Source: Squalus acanthias (taxonomy: Eukaryota). Taken from it: 64,000 nt of DNA. Where the stretch lies: positions 4,650,001 to 4,714,000 of the forward strand of contig CM059443.1 in NCBI GenBank assembly GCA_030390025.1, in the 5' to 3' direction. Both the position numbers and the translations under genes were made by a program. The notes under the pieces are model-generated. The model was not told the origin of the DNA and made no database searches. It saw only the letters and a list, made by a program, of their open reading frames with translations. Within the stretch, counting starts at the first letter, position 1. The number at the start of each line of letters is the position of its first letter. Below are positions 38,197-49,008 of the stretch, piece by piece.

Positions 38197-38589
38197 GATG
38201 GATCAGTTTCTTGCCCTAGTTCCCTTCTGTGGTTCGAGTTGCAGCTGGTTGTTCCAAATCACCCAAAGCGTGGAGACGATACCAAGTTGATTAAATTGAT
38301 GTAATAAAGACTCACTACGCACTTGAACATAAAGCAAGGCTTTAATCAACTTGTAACAAAACATGGAGGTCTAGTTAGCAGTCACTAGCTTCCTGTTTCC
38401 AGATTGTCTCTCCCCAAGGTGGGCCCATGCCTGAGTATTTATACTCCCTGGACGGCGCCCCAGCTGGCCGCCCAGTTGTACTTCCTGAGTTGTTACTTGC
38501 GATTTATGACACCCTCAATATACCATTGAGGTCTAGAAATTCCTTATAAAGTTCAAATTAAACCCTAACCGAGGTTAGGTCCTGACGAA

Positions 38590-40218
38590 ATGGAAAGCCC
38601 TGTAGGAATTGGCCAAGTCTTTTTATTAGGGAATTCAAATGATTGCTTTATTAGGGGAAATAATCCTATCCCTGTACCTCCACAAGACAAAGTAATAATT
38701 TTTGATCGATCGTCAATCATGATTAAAAAAGGGACATCCCAACAATCCTCAGCTGGGATGGGGATAGTAGTAGGGACTTTTCGAGATTCCTATTCTTTTA
38801 ATCCAGAAGAATTACTGTCCATACCCCTTGGCCATAAGACAGCGCAATATGCTGAAGCCGCAGCATTACGGTATGCTTTAGAAAAGGCAGACCCTATTAA
38901 ACCCACACTAATCTGTACAGATAGTGACTACTGTAAAAGAGGATATAACCAAGATCTAGTTTTCTGGGAACAAACAAATTTTATCAATCATAAGGGTAAA
39001 CCCATAAAACATAAGTCATTGTGGGAAGACATTCTCCGTTCGAGAATGGAGAAACAGAATTGTCAGGTGATTCATGTAAACGGGCATACCACTGGGACAG
39101 TACACTCAAAAGGAAACAGTCTTGGACACGAACAAGCAAAACGCTCAGTCTTCATGACACCCCCTCGAGAGGGGCCTGCCAATATTAGTGTAATCACTAG
39201 GGCAGAACGGGTAGCTAATCAGGATGAGGAACTGATTCAGCTATTAGACCCGACAAAAGAGAATCCACCAGGATATCCACCAAAGTACTTTTACTCGGAA
39301 ACCCCTACGGGTATTGTGCTAGTTAAGTTGCCCAAGGGAAACCGAGAAGTAGTCCCGAGACACAAACGAGAACAGCTTGTAAAAGAAGCTCACGAGAGAA
39401 TAGGTCAAGCACATTGTGGTGCCAGAACAATATTCTGCAAATTGACACCCTTATATTGGTGGCCAGGCATGCTTAAGGCCTATAAAACATATGTGGCAAA
39501 TTGTGAGCCATGCTATTTAACCAATAAGTCATCACTAATTAAGCCACCACCATTGGCTCCTGTGAAAGCTGATGAGCCAATGGGAAAATTCTTTATTGAC
39601 TTTATTGGACCACTTCCCCCGTCTTTGGGATACAGACATGTTCTCGTTTGTGTAGATGGATGCACTTCCTTCTGCTGGCTGGTCCACACAAAAATTGTTT
39701 CAGAAAACGCACTCGCCAATGCTATTACTGACATAATTACTGTAGCTGGTGCGCCCAAAATCTTACACTCCGTTAAAGGCGGAGCCTTTGTCTCCAAGGT
39801 CTTCAAAGACTACTGCGAACAAAGGGGGATTGGGTTAGAGCACAGCACGCCACATCATCTGCAATCAGCGGGGCTGTTGGAACGTAAAAACCAGGAAGTT
39901 AAAAAGCTATTGGTCAAACTGTTGAGAATCAGGGGAAATAAGTGGACCACCGTCATTCCGGAGGTGCAGCTATCACTTAATAATGTGCCCACATCTGCAT
40001 CAGGGACAGTGTCCCCTAAAACTCCATATTATCTGATGTATGGGGTTGAGATGAATACACCGCTTACCCATAGTTCTTTTATTGCCTCTACACTTTCTGA
40101 GTCCGTGACCCGACAGCGACAGTTAGATTTAAAAAAAGAAGTAACAGAGGAGATTCATCAAATTGATCAGAGGATAAGGGAGGCAAATAGGCAGAAAAAA
40201 TTGACAAACAAAGCATAG
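38590..40218 (+). pseudogene. pol: Foamy-like Pol remnant: RNase H plus integrase (542-aa ORF; C-terminal domain continues out of frame to about 40400)
   Basis: SAGMGIV...SIPLGHKTAQYAE...TDS...KPIKH; integrase N-terminal extension GYPPKYFY; HHCC; KFFIDFIGPLPPSLGY; ERKN; then LRPKWKKP...INERTV...RTVSINNLK. These parallel prototype foamy virus SAGMGIV/SIPLGNHTAQMAE/YPKQY/FFIDYIGPLPPSQGY/LRPRWHKP/RTVSIDNLK. Confidence 0.88.
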
Positions 40219-41049
40219 CCCCAGCAGGAGAATGAGTACAGGAAAAGAAGTTTGAGCAAAAACCTGGTTTAAGACCGAAGTGGAAAAAACCTGTTCAGAT
40301 ACATTCTGTTATTAACGAAAGAACAGTTAAAATACATATTAATCAGCCGAATGGCAAGCATATTCTTAGAACTGTCTCCATAAACAATCTCAAAAGATGT
40401 CCTGCGGGATACCGAAATGGAGGAACAATACAAGGTGCAGTCGTACACTGTCGTTCAAGACCCAGCCTGGAGCACGACATAGGAAATGGATGCAATCGAA
40501 TTACTGACGGCGGTCAGTCAGACGGTGTCACCGACTCCTCCACACGATGCTTGGCAACACCTCAGGAATTGGATTCACGAAAAGCCACAACCGAAACAAG
40601 GAAAGATCAATGAGTTACTTCAACGAAGGAGGAAAACACCGCGGATGAAGAAGGAATCAACTGAGCGCCTGGCAAGGGCTTTACGACAACAAGAGTCTGT
40701 CCACACGCTGGATCGAAGAAACAGCGTGTCAAGCTTTAGCTAGTTCCAAATGACGTCTCCTTGACTCGTATGAATAACTCACCTCTACGGAACATACATC
40801 TGCCGATTGGACATTCTAACTACAGGTTGTTTCGTTAATTGCATGACAATGTACCTATCATCCTTTTAAATTGTGTTCAATTTAAAATAAGGCAAAACAT
40901 TGTCCTGGGATGACTTTAAAGGAATTTTCATGTCGCACATGATTAGGCTCTTGTGAATCTCATGAAATTAATGTGCTATTGTAACCTTATTAGTAACATT
41001 GGCCAAACTCTGTCTAGATGCTCGTGTTCATTTTTGGTCAAGATGGGTG

Positions 41050-43065
41050 TGTGAAGGAATAAGCCATATTCAGAAAAATACACCATTCTATGAAAGAATT
41101 CTGGCCTTATTAAAACATGACATACTAGGTCTGGAAATCTGGAAGCCTCAACAATCTAAAATTGTTAACAGCTTCAGGCTAATGGGATAAGATAAGTTGT
41201 TGACACTGAATCAATAACCTTATTGAAACAGGAGGTTGGAGGCTCCTGAAGTCTGAAGCTTTGGAAAGAACACAATGGTACATCCTGGTTGAGGTGTTTT
41301 AATTTGCACTTCGTAAAAAGAAACAAACAGAAGACCTTGGTAAAAATGACATCAAATAGATGCATCTGCTGTTAAACCGTTTTTGTGTTAAGCTTAAGAC
41401 ACCTACACAGGAGACATAATTCTGCATTGCTACCAGCTGAGGTGACTGTAAGAATAGCAGGGGTCAGCAGAAAAATGACTAGAGATAATTAGCTTACATC
41501 AGCAGAAAACTTCAAAGGAAATACCACTGAAAAAGGATATAAATATTGAACTTTCAAATGGGATGATAGATTCGCTGTAAAGGGCCAAAACGATTCTCAG
41601 GCTTCAGAGGTGGCTCTGTAAGTCTACAACTCTTTGAACCTCGGGGCTCAAGGTAATGTATTGTATTTGATTTTGGTGGATATCCTGGAATAAAGACTAA
41701 GGGGTAAAAATTCAGTTGGTTGCGCCTCCCGTTAGCGCCTTAAGAGGGCGCTAATGGGGCGCAAAGCCGCTAACGCCCGGGCGCAGCGATGTTTGCGCCG
41801 CTCGGGAACTTAACTTGACATTGTGCGGCGGCGCTAAAACTTACCGCTGCGACCACCTGCGCGCGCAGATTGTGACGTCATTCCATGGTGCAACGCCCTT
41901 GTGGCGCCCCGGAGCGGAAATTGAGTATCGCCCCCTGCCTTACCGCCTGGCGCATCCAACGACCAGAAGACTGGAACGCTATCAATCGCTGTGGGGCTGG
42001 GGGGGGGCGCTATTTAAAGGGGGCCTCTTCCTGTCTTTTATTGTTGGTGGCATTTTTGAACTACGCATTCTGAGAGCGAGAGGGAGAGACTTCTGGAGAG
42101 ATTCAACGTTGTGTGAAGGAGTTTTGGGTACTGAGCAGCACTTTGCAGGTTCATTTTGATTTGCCATTCCTTGTATCGATTTAGCAGAGACTGTGGGAGC
42201 TGCACTCTGAGCTCTTTGCCTGGTACTCTCCATTGTTCTTTCCAGCACATTTGATGTGCAAGTCTCTCCAGGCCGAGATTCAAGGCTGCAATGAACAGGA
42301 TGTGGATGGAAAGCAAGATTAACCATCCCCTTTAAGAACTGGCCCGTGCCATTGTGTGTGTGTTCCATTGCTGACTGACATTACATGAGCTTCGCCAGCG
42401 CTCTGAGGTAGCGCCTCACTCCTTGGCCTTTGCGCCTTAAGACAGGTGTGCAGCGCCTGATTTAGCGCTCCACTCACCTCCCGGGGCGGTAAAAGTGAAG
42501 TTTCCAGTCAGTGCCAATAATTAGCGCCAGGCGCTAATATTTGCGTCCAGACGATATTTGCGCCCCAAATGGGGCGCGACCTAATTTCTACCCCTAAGTA
42601 CTGTAAAAATGTAGCGAAGTTAAGATCTGATAATAAGAATTGTAAGCTTTCTCTTATTGGAACTGTTAATGTTGTGATTGAAACACCTACTGTAATTATA
42701 TGTTGGTTCTTTAATAAATCTATATATTTTTAGAATTGTCTCAAATAGTACTTCTGTATCAAACTTGCGAACTCAATCTCTGTACACTCTTTGGTGAGGA
42801 GTTGCAGAACTCTGGGGGAGTTTTCCGGACCCTCATAATATCCGGAATGTTACAGTCCAGCTAAACTTATTAAAAGAGCTATCTGGAGGATGGTAACATC
42901 TTCAGGTTGTTCCTTTCCTTTAGGGAGAGATGGTCCAGACCTTTAGACCCAATTAAACATCTTTAGGATTCGGCTACCTCAAGCTTTAGTTGAAAGTGAA
43001 CGCCTGGGGAATACGCCTGATCTGGGATAGCCCTAAAGGGGCTGAGATTAGTAATTATCTCTTCA
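41050..43065 (+). repeat. 3' LTR of the foamy-like provirus (interrupted by a MITE)
   Basis: 2016 bp minus the 897-bp insertion plus TSD equals 1119 bp; preceded by purine-rich AAGATGGG; about 47 differences from the 5' LTR by eye (about 4%). Confidence 0.92.
41701..42594. mobile_element. Non-autonomous PIF/Harbinger element (MITE)
   Basis: TIRs GGGGTA(A/G)AAATT, TAA target duplication (41698-41700 / 42595-42597), absent from the 5' LTR, CpG-rich. Confidence 0.92.
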
Positions 43066-44817
43066 GTTATTCTTAGAGCTGAGAAGGTTGAGAAGATATT
43101 TGATAGAGGTGGTCATAATCATGAGGGGTCTGGACAGAGTAGATTGCGAGAAACTGTTCCCATTGGCAGAAGGGTTGAGAACCAGAGGATACAGATTTAA
43201 GGTGATTGGCAAAAGAACGAAAGGCGACATAAGAAAAAACTTTTTAACGTCATAAGTGGTTAGGACCTGGAATGCACTGCCTTAAAAGGTGGTGGAAGCA
43301 GACTAAATCACGGCTTTCAACATTGAGTTGGATAAGTAGCTGAAGGAAAAATAAATTGCAGGGCTACGGGGAAAGGGCGGGGGAGTGGGACTAGCTGAAG
43401 TGCTCTTGCAGAGCCAGTAGGGGCTCGACGGGCTGACTAGCCTCCTTCCGTGCTGTAACCATTCTATGATTTTATGAAAATTTTACAGATCTGTTGATAT
43501 GAACCCTCAAGTCTCTCTCCTCCTTTTAAAGTTTTGGTGTAAAGTGCTCTCATTCTTCATCCCAAAATGTAACACCTCATTTCTCTATTAAATTTCATCT
43601 ATCTATCTGCTCGATCGACTAACCTGTCTATATCCACCTGAAGTTTTGTACCTGTCTCTTCACAGTTAACCACTCTCACTATATCTGTGTTGACTAAAAG
43701 TTTTGATACTATAACCCCATACTCAAGTCCAGATCATTTACATAATGAGGAAAGCAACGGTCCGAACAGTGGCCCCTTGTAGAGCGTGGGGGTCAGGGGG
43801 AAGGGTGGTGCAGGGGCGGGGGAGTATACCACGGTGTCTCCCCCCAGGCTCTTAATTCCCTTTTCTACTCCCCTTAATTTTATCCTTTTCAACCTTATCA
43901 ACCCCTTTTTGAAAGTCCATATACACAACATCTACTGCATTTCCTTCACCAATAGACTCTCTCCTCAAAGAATTCCGTTAAATTTCTCAGACATAACTTG
44001 GCTTTTATGGAACCATGCTGGATCTCTTTATAAAGCCCAAGTCTCTAGGTGAATATTAATTTATCCTGTATTGTGGCCTCTAGAAACTTACCACTGGTGC
44101 TATTAATCGGACTGATCGATAATTACCTAGTTTATTCCTTTATAAACAGATGTTACAGTCATAACCCTCGAGACATCTGACCCAACTTCTCTATCCAAGG
44201 ATGTTTGAATAAGTGTGATCAAACCCTCTGCTGTTTCCTCTGACTTCCCTCAACATTCTTGGATGCATGGAAACAGGACAAGAATTGGAGCAAAGTGTTG
44301 GCTCTCCTCACATCTAGAGCACTTGATGGTGTCAGGGATGGGGAGGAGCACACAAGGTGACAAAACACACACTCGGAAATATTTCCTGCACAGATTCTCT
44401 TTATTGGAAGTTACGCTCAGTGACAGTAGTCGTCAGTCTGATGCTCTTGACAGATCATAAACTATCTTCATTAAACCATTTTCATTAAATTCAGCACTGG
44501 TCCTGGGAAAACCACCCATTTGAACTGAAATTCCTGATTAGAGACCAGTAACTGGTCACTTTAACCCTGGTGTAGCCTCTTGGAATAGGAGAAACTGAGC
44601 AAAACCTGCCTCAGGTACAAAGACTTCAAATGATACAGCAGAACCACACAAAGCAAAACAGAAGCACAAAATGCAGCAAATACCAAGGGTAGAGGGTGGA
44701 TAATGGGGATGGGGTAGGGGAAGATGATGGGGTTGGTGAGGGATACAGGGTGGATAATGGGGAAAGTGACACTTTCCCACTATTCAGGCAGCATACACGA
44801 GTGAAGCTTCGATCTAT

Positions 44818-45140
44818 TTAACAGTTGGATTGTGCGACTGTTGCGGTTGTTTTGGAAGCTGTTCCTTGTTGAACTGTACAGGAGTACACCTTCCCACTGC
44901 TCCAGTCTGTGCCGGGGACCGTCAGGTAGCTGCTGAGACTGAAGGTGTTGTCCGTGTTCCGCGACACGGTGCTGGTTTGGACCTCACTGCTCGTCGGATT
45001 CCCATCGACTGTCCAGCTGACCGCAGCCAAGCCCATGGACAGTTTGCTGACCAGGCAAACTAAGGTGCCTGCTCCTTTAGAGGACATCTCCTCGGCTGAA
45101 GGCCCAAGCAGTTTTACTGAAGGCTCAGGGAGTTGCTCAG
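44818..45140 (-). CDS. Ig light-chain constant exon (sigma-type), cluster 2
   Basis: Intact frame with the same acceptor; differs from cluster 1 by F>L and S>N. Confidence 0.93.
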
Positions 45141-47330
45141 CTGCAATAGGAACCAGAGAAGATGTGTTTGTATAAAGTTATAGAAAAGTTTAGCATTTCA
45201 GAGTTTAATAGAAGCAGATTTTAAAGATTGCAGCTTCCTACAGTGGACCCCAGAAGTTCACTGAGTGACGGGGCATTGCCCCTTTAAGATTGTCCAGGCT
45301 TTGTCAAAACAGGAAGAGCTACAATTTCTTGACATAAAATTATTGTTTAGGATCCTGCTGGTGACTCGTTGGATTAGAGCATCACTCGCTCTGGGACTAC
45401 ACCTCCTGCTCCCAGGATCCATCCGCGGTCTGTGCCAAGTTAGCTGATCTAGGGCGAGGGCACCAGGGACGCTTCACTTGGCCTCAGTATCCCGGGTTAG
45501 GGAGAGAAGTGATCCAGGATCCCACTTCTGACCAAGAACCAGTGACCTCTGCCTCTGTGATCATTGATTTCAAGTTGATAATCTACCCCAACAGGTGATG
45601 CGATTGGACACTGAGCCATTAAGGGACTTGGGAGAGACACACTGAGTATAAAGTGGCACCATACCCGTGTAATGTACCCACACCCTGTCCTACCAGCTGC
45701 ACATTCCTCCTCTACAATTTGCCCCTTCCCTCACCACGCATCACCAATGCCCCTGCTGTGCAACGCACTGCCACGGGAAGGATAAAAAGATCTCAAATTC
45801 TCCACTGGCCCAAGCTCTACAGACCAGTAAGTGACAGGTTGGTCTGTGATGAGGCTCCAATTGGCACATTGCCCCTGGGTTAGGAAAGGGGAACAAAAAG
45901 CTAACGTCCCCTTTCCTGGTTGATATCCAGTGACCCTTCTCCCACCTCCCACTCCCCCCATTGGGAAGGTGCTCAGTTGTGGGTGTGAGGCCAGGAGAGG
46001 ACAAGGCTATTGACAGGTGGGGAGTTGGATGGGTACTCAGTCTCTCAACTGGCTCAAAAGGCAGTGTCGAGGAGGGAAGTTGTTCATGGAAAGGGAATGA
46101 CTGGTGGGGAATTGATGATCTGTCTAAAATGGTTTAAGGATCAGGATGAAATTGGTGCAGACAAATGTGGGTCAGAGCACAACGTGGCACGATTGAAATC
46201 AGAATGTGGGGGAATGCTGGGATGGGCAAGAATGACAGAATAATGAAATCTCAACAACATGGTATTAAACAGATCCAGAACCACCGATCCTGAGCAGTCT
46301 AGTCTATGGAATCTGGAACTATGTCTAGGCAACACTTCAGTGCAGTCCTGAGCGAGTAGAATACTGCATTATTCGTGGTGCTATTTTAGGAAAAGACGTT
46401 AAACTGAGGCCCATCGGTTTATTCAGGTGGATGCAAGAGATCCCATGACATGGTTGTCCCAGTGTCCTGGCCAATATTCCTCTCTCAACCAACACTGTCT
46501 CACTGTTGTGTGTGGGATCTTGCTGTGTTTTACTGCAGAACATTGAATGGATTACTTTTGAAGTGCAGTCAATGTGCAACACTTCCGGACATAAGGTTAT
46601 AGAATTGAAATTAATTTTTCAATTTTTAATTGAATGGAAAGAAAGAGTTGCATTTATATAGCGCCTTTCACAACATCCCAAAGCGCTTTACAGCCATTTA
46701 AGTACTTTGAAGTGTCGTCACTTTTTAATGTAGGAAACGCGGCAGCTCATTTACACACAGCAAGCTCCCACAAACAGCAATTTGAGAATGACCAGATCAT
46801 TTGTTTTAATGACACTGATTGAGGGATAATTATTGGCAGGTACACCTTGGATAACTCCCCTACTAAAAGATCCCACGGCACGATTTCAAAGAGCGGGGAG
46901 TTATCCCCGGTGTCCTGGCCAATATTTATCCCTCAACCAACATAACAAAAACAGATTATCTCTTCATTATCACATTGCTGTTTGTGGGAGCTTGCTGTGC
47001 ACATATTGGCTACTGCATTTCCCACATTACAACAGTGACTCCACTTCAAAAAGTATTTAATTGGCTGGAAAGCACTTTGAGACGTCCGGTGGTCGTGAAA
47101 GGCGCTATATAAATGCAAGTCTTTCTTTAGTTTTTACTAACTGAACAACAGCTGACACACATGTATTATATGTTCAATACATCCCAGTCCACCTGATGGT
47201 GAAAAATATTCTCACCATTGTTAAATAAAACAGCTCCACCATGGGAGGAGCAGGGGGGGGGGGGGCACAATGTAACCCTTTCTCCCTCCATTCAGGTTTG
47301 AAAAAACTGCACCAGACAGTGACCAAGACT

Positions 47331-47697
47331 AAGAGGTGTACAAGGTTATGACGGGTTTGGATAGGCTAGACGGGGAGAGGCTGTTCCCACTAGTTGATGG
47401 TACAAGGACTAGGGGACACAGATTTAAGGTTTTGGACAAGAGATACAGGGGGGTGTGAGAAAAAATTTTTTCACACAGCGAGTGGTGATGACCTGGAATT
47501 TGCTGCTGACGAACGTGGTGGAAGCGGAGACACTCAATGTTTTCAAGGGGAGACTGGATAGGCACTCGAGGGAAATAAACTTGCAGGGCTACGGAAATAA
47601 AGCGGGGCAATGGGACTGACTGGATTGGTCTTCAGAGAGCCGGTACGGACTCGATGGGTCGAATGGCCTCCTTCTGTGCCATTATGACTCTATGACT
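47331..47697 (+). mobile_element. CR1 3' fragment inserted only in the cluster-2 J-C intron
   Basis: Ends in ctatgact repeats; the empty site gaccaaaact|atctg is visible at about 6300 in cluster 1. Confidence 0.85.
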
Positions 47698-48000
47698 ATC
47701 TGCACTGACTGTTTAAAAACTGCAATCCATCTTCACAGATAATTTTGGGAATGAAAAAATTGCAATTCAATTAGAATTCAAAAATGACAGCACTAATTAG
47801 CAGCAACTGCTAGATACACAGCACTAATTAACAGAGCGAGTGCTGGACACTAAACATGATTGTACTGGAATCAGCATTTTTACTCTAAAATTAGTGTCTA
47901 ACAAATAGTAGAAAAAGACTAAGTTTAAATTATTAATGAATTTCTAAATGTTCAAATTCACACAGCTAGTTTCTCCAGGAGGGAAATCCCAGCCACTTAC

Positions 48001-48035
48001 CTGCAACAAAGAGCTTGGTCCCTTTGCCGAACACA
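48001..48035 (-). CDS. Ig light-chain J segment, cluster 2 (VFGKGTKLFVA)
   Basis: FGxGT motif and G|gtaagt donor; 2 nt shorter than J1 at the coding end. Confidence 0.93.
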
Positions 48036-48074
48036 CACAGTGTGATGTTCTAGGGTTCAGTCCATACAATTACT
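48036..48074 (+). promoter_or_regulatory. 23-RSS of J, cluster 2
   Basis: CACAGTG, 23 nt, ACAATTACT. Confidence 0.88.
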
Positions 48075-48388
48075 CAGGATCCTGGAATCAGTCAGAAAAC
48101 ACGTTCAGAAGCTCCAGTCCCAGCATTAATCAGACTCCATGTATTCAGAGTGTCCCAGCTGGTGTGGGGCAGGAAGGAATGAACTCACAGCAACATCCCC
48201 AGACTGACATTAAATGTCAGAAACACCCAATGCTGGGCAGTGAGACTCAGAATGTCAGCAATTCTGAAATGATATAAATTGGAAAATATTGTTTAAAAGG
48301 ACAAAATTAAAGTGATTTTATGAACTGTAAAACATTAGAATGTTTTATCAGATAGAAAGATATTAAGTGTATAACATTTGCTGCTCCC

Positions 48389-48416
48389 AGTTTCTGTTTT
48401 ACCTTCTGTCACTGTG
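48389..48416 (-). promoter_or_regulatory. 12-RSS of V, cluster 2 (variant nonamer)
   Basis: CACAGTG, 12 nt, ACAGAAACT. Confidence 0.88.
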
Positions 48417-48743
48417 ACACAAAACCATTGCGTGCTGAAACATACTTTCCACAGGAATAGACGGCAGCGTCATTCACCTCCACATTCTTTATGATTAACT
48501 GGTAAATGTTGTGGCCGCTGTTGGCTTTCGATGTGAAATGGTCGCTGCTAAACCCAGGACCATAGGTAGGGGCACTGCTAGTGTAATGGTAATAGAGGAC
48601 CCATTGAGGAGCCGCTCCTGGTGTCTGCTTGTACCAGTGCACACCATAGCCATCATTCGCTCCAATGTTACAGTCGAGTGTGGCCGTTTCTGCTGGTTTC
48701 ACAGTCAGGTCTGGAGGCTGAGTCAGAGTCTGAGACTGTCCAT
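48417..48743 (-). CDS. Ig light-chain V exon (sigma-type), cluster 2, open frame
   Basis: QTLTQPPDLTVKPAETATLDCNIGANDGYGVHWYKQ...DAAVYSCGKYVSARNGFV; both Cys and the Trp are intact. Confidence 0.9.
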
Positions 48744-48848
48744 CTGTAAAAGAGCAGGGATTAAACATTACACATTGACTCTTTAAAAGTGATCCCAAGC
48801 CCCCCATCTGCTGCTGCGGGAGGAGCAGAGTTCAGTGTCTGTACTTAC

Positions 48849-48894
48849 AGCCCAGCCACAGCGCCAGAGACCAGAAAAAGCACAGCGTCTGCAT
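48849..48894 (-). CDS. Ig light-chain leader exon, cluster 2
   Basis: Identical to the cluster-1 leader. Confidence 0.88.
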
Positions 48895-49008
48895 CGTTTC
48901 AGTCAGTGAGCTTCCTGCCTGCCTTCCCCGAGTGTATCTGTGACAGACTGTGGCAGCAGCGGCCCATTGAACCCAGTTATAGACCCATTCACATCAGGAA
49001 GGAAACCC

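Larger units (their letters stand above)
31339..38511 (-). mobile_element. Tandem Ty3/Gypsy retrotransposon, LTR-int-LTR-int-LTR, nested antisense in the provirus leader
   Basis: 215-bp LTRs at 31339-31553, 34818-35032 and 38297-38511; unit 3479 bp; 5-bp TSD CCCTC (31334-31338 / 38512-38516); PPT AGGGAGGAAGAA at 31554-31565. Confidence 0.95.
30030..43065 (+). mobile_element. Endogenous foamy-like (spumaretrovirus) provirus, internally deleted
   Basis: Two 1119-bp LTRs, 4-bp TSD GTTA (30026-30029 / 43066-43069), tRNA-Lys1,2 PBS, foamy-type RNase H and integrase. Confidence 0.9.
29870..43477 (+). mobile_element. CR1 3' fragment split by the foamy-like provirus (29870-30029 and 43070-43477)
   Basis: PQLECCVQFWAP...DRLEKLGL| resumes after the provirus as ttcttagagctgagaaggttg (SLE.RRLR.DLIE motif region). 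Confidence 0.85.

Noticed and set aside
31339-38511. Tandem Gypsy inserted as a retrotransposed dimer
   Set aside because: The internal copies are much more alike than the outer LTRs and the middle LTR looks hybrid, favouring later unequal crossover.
48744-48807. N-terminal extension of ORF 48409..48807 (MGGLGSLLK...)
   Set aside because: It is leader-intron sequence; the real start is the spliced leader at 48894.
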